64,000 nucleotides of DNA from Eledone cirrhosa (lineage: Eukaryota). A program made the position numbers and the translations under genes. The notes under the pieces are model-generated. The model saw only the letters and a list, made by a program, of their open reading frames with translations, was not told the DNA's origin and did not search any database. Location of the stretch: NCBI GenBank assembly GCA_964016885.1, contig OZ024741.1, positions 314,588,001 through 314,652,000 of the forward strand. Direction: 5' to 3'. Positions 42,476 through 53,942 of the stretch are shown piece by piece (position 1 is the first letter of the stretch; each line of letters begins with the position of its first letter).

Positions 42476-45135
42476 TTCATATTATGTATATCTATGTCTT
42501 CCACATTGCTGTAGCTTAAGGCAGGTTGTTGCATTACGTTGAGTGCTTTCTATAACATTATCTCGTGGCTGACCACACATAATGACCAGTTCTATCCAGT
42601 GGTGAATTAACAAACCCAAATAAATATTGCTCCAGAAATGTCGAGCTCTTTCAGATGTAATAATGTACAGCGGCACAGATTCCAGTGTACAGCTATCGCC
42701 AGCATGGGAATAACTAACCTTACACCTTTCGGATTTTGGATGCTTTGAACTTTGTCTACTACCCATCTAGTCCACCGCTGCTCACATGTCGGGAAAATCC
42801 AGACTACGACAGACCTCACTGATTCCTCTAAATATTTCTGCGTATTCTAATATTGCATGTAATGTATTGACTGATTTCTCTATCCTATACTCCAGAGCAT
42901 TTGTGATTCACGTTGAATATTAAGATTCGAACATACGCCGAGTATCACCTGATAGCACTCCTTCTCTTCCATCTTCCAAATCTATATGTATAACCCTGTA
43001 TTATCCGAATGCCCCTCGATCTTTCTTATATTTCCCTTGTTTTTATATTTCCCCTGTGCTTATATTTCCCCTGTGTTTTGATTTCCCTGATATGTTCTCT
43101 GTACTTTTGTTTTACTCCATGCATCACCACCATAGTTATGACTGCATTTTTTATTAATGTATTTTTATCTATATATTAATTTCAACAATGTCAGTATTCC
43201 GTGTGTCATAATTCTCGATAATCATTGGTTTCAAACGACTCCGCCCACCTCACACTTAAATTAATATGCATAATGCCAATGAGGGAGTGAGAAGGGAGAG
43301 TGAGAAACAGAGAGGCAAAGTGAACACTGTAACTATTACCATGTGTGCGTTTGCCTGTACGTGCGCGTATGTTTATGTGTGTGTGCGTGCGTGCAGCGTT
43401 CCACAGAAAGTGACAGCAATTCGACTTTATCAAACAGTGAACTACAGCGGCGACGGCGTGCAGCAAAGAATGAAGAAAAACAGGCCGAACAGCGCCATCG
43501 TAACGCCGAACTTCAGAGGCGAAGACGTGCCGCCATGAATAAATGGAGCTAGCTGAACTACGCCAACGAAACACTGGAGCCAAGCAGCGATGGTGTACTG
43601 CGATGGTTGAAGATGAACTGGCTGAGCATCATCTTTTATATTAATTATCCATATGTATATCTACATATAATATAAAAGATTGGAACTTCCATCATCCTTT
43701 TGAGAAACGTGGAACAACCACGTCTATGCAATGATACACGTTTTACAGTCAGGAAGAGGATGAACCATCACTTAGAGGTCACTATTCTAGGTGGGAGCAC
43801 CTAGAATTGTTCATATACTATGCACAAACGGTACAATGAAGAATCTGGTATATCTCGAATATTTTTTTTACTGTTTTTTGTATCACACTGACACCACAGA
43901 CTCGCCTCATTCTGTAACCAGACAAACATCCAATAATTTTCTCTTTTACCTCTCTTCTCTTATCATCTGTTTACCCGGACGAAGCTGGGTACGTCACCTA
44001 GTTGTTTTATTTATTTACACTTTCGGAATTTTTACTTTTTACTTTTTATGTTGTATTTTACGTATTATTCCTTTTACTTGTGTATGAACTTACTCGCTCT
44101 ATTCCCAGTACATAACTACCACTGGGATCATTAGCACATGACCCTGGAATATAATGTATGTACCCATATATTTGTTTCCTTATTCATCCCCCCCCCCCTA
44201 GAATCGCAATAATATAATCTGGACTAACTGGGGACTTGATATACGCTATTAGCGCATTTTATCGCGTTTTACCACTCTCAACCTCACACCACGGGTGTGA
44301 ATAAATATTAATTGTCTGGTAACACGCGATGATACAACGGATGTGGCGGACTTCCTGACTGCGCGCCGGCCAATCGGGCGTTTTAGCCTTGCTTGAGTGC
44401 TTGGAAAAATAAATTTCCCTTTCTTTGGATAAACGAAATTACTCGAACCGCTCCTTCGTCCCGGGCTATGCCAGGCTTGAGACTCGCCACAGCGCCGGCA
44501 TTGACCGCCAAATAGTACCCTTATCTTCTAGGCTTAGTCATAAACCCTAGTTGTAACATGCCTCTTCCTACTAGCACTTAACTCAACCCCCACACTGTGT
44601 GATATAATAGCAACCGCTTGGTATATACGATAGTCAGTCGGCGATGGGGAGGGGTGTGGGCTCCGCGCAGGCACAACCGAAGCCTAACACAGCTACATCC
44701 CTGGAGTGCTCGGAAAAACTATTTTCCATTACTTTCGTTAGACGATATTACTCGAAACATGTGGCACATGGGAGCGGGTGGCTAGCGCGGGACCCGTAGT
44801 CGTCGCTGATTATTGACTATATACTTCCTCGACCTCTTGTCATTAGGATCCTTCAGTAGTTGTCACTATCAACGCACGACTGTGTTTCCTCCACTCCCTC
44901 TCCCTCTTTCTTCTACTGGCAAGTTCAGCTACCCCTTCCTTCCACAAAATGCCATGATAGAATTATGTGTCTCAACATCAAACTTTTGACCAATCCTTGT
45001 GACAATCACTTTTATCATATATGGAATTACCCCCTGAGAAGCTCGGCTATTCATGTACCAGGATAAAAAATGTTCATTTAGTCCAGAATTAGCCGTCGAG
45101 ACGGCTTGAGCTCAGCCGTCGGTGTCCTACTCGTT

Positions 45136-45246
<111 letters not shown>

Positions 45247-45269
45247 CGGATTTCATTATAATGAATTCC

Positions 45270-46190
45270 CACTCAGGATTAGGAAAGCAAGTGATGCTTT
45301 CGGAAAGCTAGAAAGGCGTCTCTGGGGTCGGCGAGACATATGCAAGAAGACAAAGTAAAAGGTGTACAAGGGTAGTGTGCTCTCTTCTCTTCTTTATGCC
45401 TGCGAGACCTGGGTCACATATCGACACCACCTTAAGCAATTGGAGCGTTTCCATCAGATGTGTATCAGATGGATCCATTGCGTTCGCTGGAGGGACCACA
45501 TCAGTGATGTCGAGATTTTGGAGAGCTCTCTGTGTGACAGTATAGAAACTCTTGTGCTTAATCAACGACTCCGTTGGAGTGGTCACCTTGCCAGGATGAA
45601 GGATTCTAGAATACCAAAACAACTCTTTCATGGAGAGTTATTTAAAGGAAAACGACCGTCACATAAACCAAAAAAGAGGTATAAGCATTCTTTGAAAGCC
45701 TCTTTGAAAGTCGCTAACATCTCTGCTGATACATGGGAAAATGTTGCTGCTGATCGTAATAAATGGAGAAAGACTGTATATGAGGGGAAAGTTGCCTTTG
45801 AGGCATCTCGAATCGCATACGAGAAAGTAAAGCGGGATGTGAGGAAGGGCATTGCTGTTGCATTTCCAGACGGCGGAGGTCCTCCTATGGCGCTAACATG
45901 CAGCGTCTGTGCGAGACTCTGCCTAAAAAAAGCTGGATTCGAAAGTCATCTTCTCAGACATAAAGTAACACCAGCGGTTGACAACCAGGCTGCTGTTGGA
46001 GATGCTATTCATCATGCTTGCCAAGCATGTGGGAGAGCGTGTAAATCAGCAGGAGGGCTCAAACGACATGCAAAAGTACATGAACTCCAACCACAACCGG
46101 CTATTCCCATTGAATGTTTTGGTTGCCAACTCTGAGCAAGACATTTTTGATTATTGGTTGGGCTAAAAAGCCACATTCGATCGCAGTGCT
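45270..46190 (+). mobile_element. 5'-truncated RTE (BovB-like) LINE 3' fragment with C2H2 zinc fingers
   Basis: RIRKASDAFG, SLLYACETW, LRWSGHLARM..SRIPKQL..GEL, KRYK, DRNKWR; CxxC-x12-H-x3-H motifs. Confidence 0.85.
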
Positions 46191-46234
46191 GTCGATTGCT
46201 ATCGTGTGTGTGTGTAGATATTTTTATGTGTGAG

Positions 46235-46279
<45 letters not shown>

Positions 46280-46425
46280 ATTGTTGTTGTTGTCGTTATT
46301 ATTGTTGTTATTATTATTATTATTGTTATTATTATGTTTTTTTTCTTTTCTCGTGCAATGGGGATATTCGATAACGAGGGGGCATATTCGATATGGGCAT
46401 ATTCGATAACAAGGGGGCACCCATC

Positions 46426-46456
<31 letters not shown>

Positions 46457-46539
46457 TGTATGTATGTATGTATGTATGTATGTATGTATGTATGTATGTA
46501 TCTATGTATGTGTATATATACATGTGTATATATACATGA

Positions 46540-46880
46540 AGGCACAAGGCTTAGTGGTTAGAGCATTGGCCTTGCAATCGAAAGGTTGTGAGTTCAATTC
46601 ACAGAGCGGGTGATGTGTTATTTCCTTGAGTAAGACACTTTATTTCAAGTTGTTCCAGTTTACTCAGCTGTAGAAATGAGATGATAGGGACTGGGGTCCC
46701 TATCATTCCACTGTAAAGTGGTCGTGGAAGTGCCACGTCAAAAAAGCACCCACAACTCACTGTAAATTAGGTTGGTTTTAGGAAGGGCATCCAGCTGTAG
46801 AAATCAAGCCAGAATCAGTTCCCGTCACACCCTTGCAAGCAGGGAAAAGCGGACGTAAAATGATGATGATGATGATGATG
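46540..46880 (+). mobile_element. tRNA-derived SINE with a (TGA)n tail
   Basis: A box ggcttagtggttaga, B box gagttcaattc, tail ggaagggcatccagctgtagaaa...ggacgtaaaatgatgatgat. Confidence 0.7.
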
Positions 46881-46921
46881 CTGATATATATATATTTAAT
46901 GTATAATAAACAATAGAGTAT

Positions 46922-46999
46922 AATTACCTCATTACCAGAGGTTTCCCGAATAAGACGAATACAAGAAACGTCCGCATTCGTTCGTCAGACGAGGCAATT
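46922..46999 (-). ncRNA. Type I hammerhead ribozyme (orphan)
   Basis: Minus strand: aattgcctcgt CTGACGA a-cgaat...attcg-g GAAA cc-tct-gg TA atgaggtaatt; 11-bp helix I. Confidence 0.75.
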
Positions 47000-48114
47000 T
47001 AAAACATAGTGAAATATTTGAAAAATCTCCTCAAGAAAGGCAAATGGGTCCAGCAGGATGTTGTGTGGAGGGTTCTAGCTAGCCATATCGCATTCAATAA
47101 CCATCATAAACTAAGAGAGTATAACTCCCACACCGCGCCCCCCCCCCCTAAAATACACCACGCCACTACACCAATACTTACTCTAGTAGCATACCTCCCC
47201 CATCTAATCCTTCTAGCACACACCAACCGCATAGTTTAAACAACCCTACCCTCACTAACCGCAGCAGTAACTGCAACTGCCGTTACCCTAATGCATGCCC
47301 ACTAAACGGACAATGCCTTACACCCAATATAGTACATAGGTGCACAGTTAAAACAGCATCACATGCTATCTCCTATATTTGCTCTACCCTAACCCTTTTA
47401 AGGTACGCTATAACGCGCACTCATTTTCCTTCCGAGACCCTAGCAATAGATGTTCAACATCTCTAGCTAGGCTCATTAAAAACCTTAAATTAACCAACAT
47501 TGAACACTCACTAACTTGGGATATCTTGGCTAGATCCCAAGCGTTCAATGGATGAAGAAACTCTTGTGATCTCTGTCTTACCGAGGCCTATTACATAACT
47601 CTATCACGACCTCTACCGATTAACAATAGAAACGAGATAACTATTAGCTGCCAACATCGAAGGGCAAATTCCTTCGCCAACAGAATATTCGACCCAACAT
47701 AGTCATCTAATCCCACTTTTGCTTATAGCTAACATGTTAATTATTTAATCCAAACTTAGATAATTATAAGTTACCTCCCCCACACTGTCTCTCACTTAAG
47801 CTCATTAGCACTTCTTAGCTCTAAATCACCTACAATTTCTAAATTCTCAAGGAGTTACATCCCTTAAACCCGTCTCTAATTAGTAAGGTAAATATGTCCT
47901 TAGGGTCCATCGTCTTACACATAGGCAGATCTCGCTTAATACAGCCTCGACAGAAGAATAATGCTTGCCTATTGCAGACAATAGATAGACCCAGGACAAC
48001 GTTGAGAAATTTTAATATATGGAACATTATATTCATGTAACCCTCTTTCTTTACCTTTCTCTATATTCCTTATTCCATCGTACCTTTATCAATATTTTCA
48101 TTATCTCTTTTTAA

Positions 48115-48233
48115 GTTCTGAAGAGCCGCTCCATTTTTACCTAAGTTAATTATCTTCATCTGAACCAGATCAATAACTATCTAAAATCATTTGATCCAGA
48201 ATCATTATATGGAGTAGCGAAACAATTTTAAAC
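48115..48233 (+). ncRNA. Hammerhead-like motif with long helix II and damaged helix III
   Basis: CTGAAGA at 48118; gccgctccat/atggagtagc; GAAA at 48219; caattt where the 51430 copy has caattg. Confidence 0.55.
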
Positions 48234-48605
48234 GGACATTATTATCATTATTATTATTGTTCCTTACATTAAACTATAATTACACTCCTTATTCCTTACA
48301 TTAAACTGCAACTATGTTGACACTCTTTAAATGTGTTCCTTGTGAAATGTGTGGTCTTGGTTTGCTTAACTAATGAATATCTCCAGCTCTGTGCACCTAA
48401 TCTCTGCATGAATCCAGCCCTCTAGCTGCCTTCCACTGCATACTGCACATTGATCACATGCCTTTACGCTTTGGCTTCTAACAAATTCACCAATCTCTTT
48501 TCTCCTCTCCTATCTTATCTCCATCTCTCTCTTTAAGATTAGTTTACTCTTGAACTGTGTATACTCGAGCTCCCGTAGTTGAGCTATTAACTGTTAGAAG
48601 TTACC

Positions 48606-51115
48606 ATGTTGAGCAAACAGGAACTCAGGATATCACTTAAGTCCATTCCTATCCTGGACAGGAAAATATACCTCAAACTCCTAATACAGAATGTCAACTC
48701 ATTTATCCGAAGAATACGATAGAAGGCCTTCCACTTCGACAGAGTGGGTGCTGCTGACGCCAGAAGTACTGCCAACAGATATGGATTTACCACCTGCAAG
48801 AACCCTCCACACAACATCCTGCTGGACCCTATTGAGAAAGATCTATTTAACCTCGTCAGGAGCATTAAATTCAACAAGCATTATAGACACAAGAATAATT
48901 TCCTCACAAAATTAGCAACAACTATAAACAAATTTAAGGATAGCCACCTCTTATATGTTATGTCTGACAAAACCAAAAATCTAAACACCATGCCTCCTGA
49001 AACTTACAACTCTTTCCTTCTTAAGGAGCTTAATAAAAACTATTAAACAAACTATACCCTCCAGTGTAAACTTACTTAAGCGAAAAGCCCAGGCTCTGGT
49101 TAAGGACTTGCATCCGGATAGATTTACCCACCCTTATGTACCTACAACTCCTAGGTTCTCTCTCAATGATCACAAGCCAAACTTTATTGAGAACCCATCT
49201 ATTAGTCTTATAAGCCCAACCACATCTGACTTGGGTTGTATCAGCAAGATCATTCCCGATAGGATCATCCCTGGGCTACGAGGTGGTATCACCTACAAGC
49301 TGTGGTCCAACACCGGCCAAGTCATCAGATGTTTCTCAGATCTAAGGTCCAAGGAATCTATGAGGTTCCTTCAATTTGACATTGACAGCTACTACGCTTC
49401 AATAACACCGGCACTGCTTAACAAAGCATTAACCCTAGCCAGCACCAACTGTGACATAACTACTAACGTGATTGACATCATACTTATGGCTAGGCAGACC
49501 ATCATTGAATTCAACGGCTCTTTCTGGACTAGAAAGGACAGAACAGACAACTTCGACATCACTATGGGCTCAAGCGACTCTGCGCAAATCACCGATTTAG
49601 TCGGAATCTACCTATTACATAACATCAGAAATGAAATCCAACACTTGCAAGGCGGAATATATAGGGACGACGCCCTATTTGCAGTCCGCAATTGCACTAA
49701 TCGAGGCATTGACTTGCTAAAAAAACAATTACATAGACTTTTTTAAAAATAACGGTCTTTCTATCATCATCGAACCGAACCATAAGGTAGGAAACTTCCT
49801 GAACGTTACCCTATATCTTAATAATAACTTATATTACCCTTATCATAAACCAGGTGAAATACTTACATATATTAGCCCGCACTCTAACTACCCACCGGCA
49901 GTCATCAGAGCAGTCATCAAATCTATCTCGTATAGGATCTCCATGATATCTGCAAATGAGGAGATATTTAGGAACCATGGGGCATATTATAATAAGGCCC
50001 TTTCTGAATCTGGTTATGAACAGTCAATTTACTACATACCTAAATGCTATAACACAGGACTTCACCACAACCATAATAAATTTAACACTAGAACTAGAAA
50101 TACTTTAGCATGTAGCCAGATACACCGGAATTTTAGCAATAACAGCATCTATACAGGGAACCATAATGGTGGCAGAGGCCTACTTACCACTCCTAGTAGC
50201 AAACTCAGAATCAACCCTAGAATAGGAATGAGCAATGGGATGACAAATAACAAACGCCCGGGTAATAATAACCCTATGAAGGCCCCTGCCAACTCCACTA
50301 CAACCCCTAGAAGGAATAGCCTAGACATATCACCTGACTTAACCCCCATTCTCATCTAATTTAGCCATTAATATCCCTAAACGCTTCTTCTCTATCCTAT
50401 CTAAACACCCCCCCCCCCACCAACCATAGATATTACAAACTCTTTAATAAAAACAACATTAAAATATCATTCTCCACAACACCTAACCTAGCTAGCCACA
50501 TCGCGTTCGGTAACCGTCATAACCTAAGAGAGTATAACTCCCACACCGCGGCACCACACGCCCCTCAAATACACCACGCCACTACACCAATACTTACTCT
50601 AGTAGCATAACTCCCCCATCTAATCCTTCTAGCACACACCAACCGCATAGTTTAAACAACCCTACCCTCACTAACCGCAGCAGTAACTGCAACTGCCGTT
50701 ACCCTAATGCATGCCCACTAAACGGACAATGCCTTACACCCAATATAGTATATAGGTGCACAGTTAAAACAGCATCACATACCAGCTCCTATATTGGCTC
50801 TCCCTCTAACCCTTTTAAGGTACGCTATAACGCGCACTCATTTTCCTTCCGAGACCCTAGCAATAGATGTTCAACATCTCTAGCTAGGCTCATTAAAAAC
50901 CTTAAATTAACCAACATTGAACACTCACTAACTTGGTATACCTTGGCTAGTTCCCAAGCGTTCAATGAAGAAACTCTTGTGATCTCTGTCTTACCGAGGC
51001 CTATTACATAACTCTATCACGACATCTACCGATTAACGATAGAAACGAGATAACTATCAGCTGTCAACATTGAAGGGCAAATTCCTTCGCCAACAGAATA
51101 TTCGACCCAACATAG
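48606..51115 (+). pseudogene. Disrupted PLE RT/GIY-YIG ORF
   Basis: SLKSIP..IRRIR*KA, MSDKTKNL, QFDIDSYYASI, FDITMGSSD, GGIYRDD, CNCRYPNACPLNGQCL..NIVY..SYIG, CDLCLTE; several stops and frameshifts. Confidence 0.88.
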
Positions 51116-51458
51116 TCATCTAATCCCACTTTTACTTATAGCTAACATGTTAAATATTTAACCCAGACTTAGATAATTATAAGTTACCTCCCCTACACTG
51201 TCTCTCGCTTAAGCTCATTAGCACTTCTTAGCTCTAAATCACCTACAATTTCTAAATTCTCAAGGAGTTACTTCACTGAAACCGTCTCTAATTAGTAAGA
51301 TAAATATCTGCTTAGGTGGCCATCTTGTTACACATAGACAGATCTCGCAGATAAGTTAATTATCTTCATCTGAACCAGATCAATAATGATCTATAATCAT
51401 TTGATCCAGAAACATTATATGGAGTAGCGAAACAATTGTAAACGGACATTATTATTAT

Positions 51459-51663
51459 TGGCAGTATCAGTAGAGGGTCGGACGCGAGTGCTTTGATGCA
51501 AAGAGTTACATCCCTTTACGATCTGAGTTAAAATCCCGCCGAGGTTAACGTTTCCTTACATCCTTACGGGGTCGATAAAATAAAGTGCCAGTCACGCACT
51601 GGAGTTGATTGAATCAACTTTCCCCTCCCCTAAAATTGCTGGCCTTGTGCCTATATAAGAAAC

Positions 51664-51704
<41 letters not shown>

Positions 51705-51897
51705 GAGGGCGGCGGATTGCAGTATCGGTAGAGGGTCGGACGCCATGCTTTGACGCATAGAGTTACGGCCCTTATCATTCTGAGTTCAAATCCCGCCGAG
51801 GTTAACTTTGCCTTTCATCCTTACGGGGTCGATAAAATAAAGTACCACAGTAATGTACTGGGTAATTGCTGGCCTTGTGCCAAAAGTAGAAACAATA
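51459..51897 (+). mobile_element. Two SINE copies separated by (ATT)n
   Basis: Same family as 40683-41070. Confidence 0.78.
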
Positions 51898-51922
51898 ATA
51901 CTAATAATTATTATTATTATTA

Positions 51923-53602
51923 CAGTTGCATTATCTTGCTTTATGTTCATACGAGTTATCACCAAGTCACAACCAGTGACCTCAAGAGACAACAAGGTCC
52001 GCCATGTTCAAGAAAGAACATACATACTAACACATGCATCTTTAGTGTTTAGACTTGTGATGTACTTATATTGACAGAATCTTCCTTAGTATATGGGCAG
52101 TTCCCATTAGTACTATCTTTTGTATTTCTCCTATACGCGGGTTTCCTGGGATTTGCGATAAGTAATCATTAGACCCCTTAGGTATCATTCCCAGAGCGCC
52201 TACAACCACTGGTATTGTTTTAGTTCTCAATTTCCACATTTTTCCAATTTCTATCTCCAGGTCCTTATACTTGCTCAATTTTTCAAATGTTTTTAGATAC
52301 ATTCTTGTCTATTGGAACAGACATATCAATTAGCAGGCATACCCTCTTTTTGAAGTCCTTCAATATTATATCAGGTCTATTTGCATCTATTTTTCGGTCT
52401 GTTTGGATGCTAAAGTTCCACAAGATTGAGATGTGATCTTTTTCAAGTATGGGAGGTGGTTGATGCTCCCACCAATTCTTTTGATGGGGCAGGTCAAAAT
52501 GCTTACACATTATCCAATGTATGTATTGTGCAGCTCTGTCATGCCTGTTTAGGTATTCGGTTGGAGCTATAGGACTGCACATTGAAATTATATGGTCAAT
52601 GGTCTCTGGTTGTTTTTTGCATACACGGCATAATGGGCTGCACCCATTTTTTATTATGTTGGCTTGGTAATTTTTTGTTGGCAGACACTGATCTTGTGCG
52701 GATATAATCAGTCCTTCAGTCTCCGATTTCAGTCCAGAGGATGCCAACCACTGATGGGTTAAAGTTTTGTCAACATCAGGATTGTTAGCTCGCTCTGGGT
52801 ATTTTCCATACAGAGGCTTTTCTTGCCATTTCTTAGCCAGTTTCTGTAGCAGTTCTTTCTTTGCAGTTACTTTTACCTGCTTTGCTTTTTCTGTGTTTTC
52901 CATTTCAGCAGTAAATGGGACTTCTGAAATTTGTAGTCCATTACTGTATCTTTGTGCATCTTTTGTAATGGAATATGATCTTTTGGTGCTTTCGTGTTTC
53001 AAAACGAGTTTGATCATCCAATCATGTGATTCCCTTAGATATGTGGATAATCCAATTGTTGCAGTTTTCAACGCAATGTCTAACTGGATTAATCCACGTC
53101 CTCCTTCTTTCCTAGGGAGATATATTCTATCTATGTCTGCCTTAGGGTGATGCATTCTGTGCATGGTTAAGAATTTTCGGATTTTTGTATCGAGCCTACG
53201 GATCTCTGTGCTTGACCAGTTGATGACATTGTAACTGTAGGTTACTACTGGTATGGCAAGCGTGTTTATGGCATCGATCCTATTCCTTGCATTCAATTCC
53301 GTTCTTAAGATTGCTCTGACTCTGCGGTAACATTCCTTCCTTATCCTTTCCCTCATTGTCGAGTGCTTGATTCCGTCTCCTTCACAAACACCTAGATATT
53401 TGTAAGTTTGTTCTTGATCAAGCTCTCTTATCACGTTCCTCCGATCAAGATTAATGTCTGAACTCTTCAGCAGCTTTCCTCTGGTGAACGTTGCTTTGGC
53501 GCATTTATCCAGTCCAAACTCCATTTTAATGTCATCACTGAACTGCTTCACAGTGGATAATAGCCCTTGCAATTGTTCATCATTTTTTGCAAATAGTTTC
53601 AG

Positions 53603-53604
<2 letters not shown>
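51923..53604 (-). mobile_element. 5'-truncated R4/Dong-like non-LTR element, family A
   Basis: Starts at LKLFAK; CRVC..ETIDHIISMC, NRPDI..LIDMSVP, KYKDL, VVGALG; frameshift near 52290; (ATT)n on both sides. Confidence 0.9.
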
Positions 53605-53638
<34 letters not shown>

Positions 53639-53644
53639 GCCATT

Positions 53645-53902
53645 GTTATTCCTTGAATCTCAGTCATTGATGTTGGTTAACTGGAAAGTCCGTTGGATTG
53701 AATATCAAGCCACTACCTGCAGCCTCAGATATTCAGGACGTATCGGAGGGTTCTTGCCGTTCCAAGCAAGCATGCCTTTTGAAGCGTTCCAAAAAGCGTG
53801 AAGGGGCCGATTTTCTTTAACCATCCCTGGAAACCTTTGGAGATAGTCCCCAGTGCGCCTATGACAATCGGGATCACTTTGACTTCATGGCAGTTCCAAA
53901 TC

Positions 53903-53903
<1 letters not shown>
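53645..53903 (-). mobile_element. Short 3' end of R4/Dong-like family B
   Basis: Matches about 62205-62464; (ATT)n on both sides. Confidence 0.85.

Positions 53904-53942
<39 letters not shown>

Larger units (their letters stand above)
47080..51448 (+). mobile_element. Second PLE family in partial tandem: 3' portion (47080-48260) followed by a full decayed copy
   Basis: 47085-47940 duplicates about 50490-51350; both copies end in gaaacaatt(g/t)taaacggac + (att)n. Confidence 0.88.

Noticed and set aside
43027-43090. 17-bp atatttcccctgtg minisatellite
   Set aside because: Four degenerate copies with no further support for function
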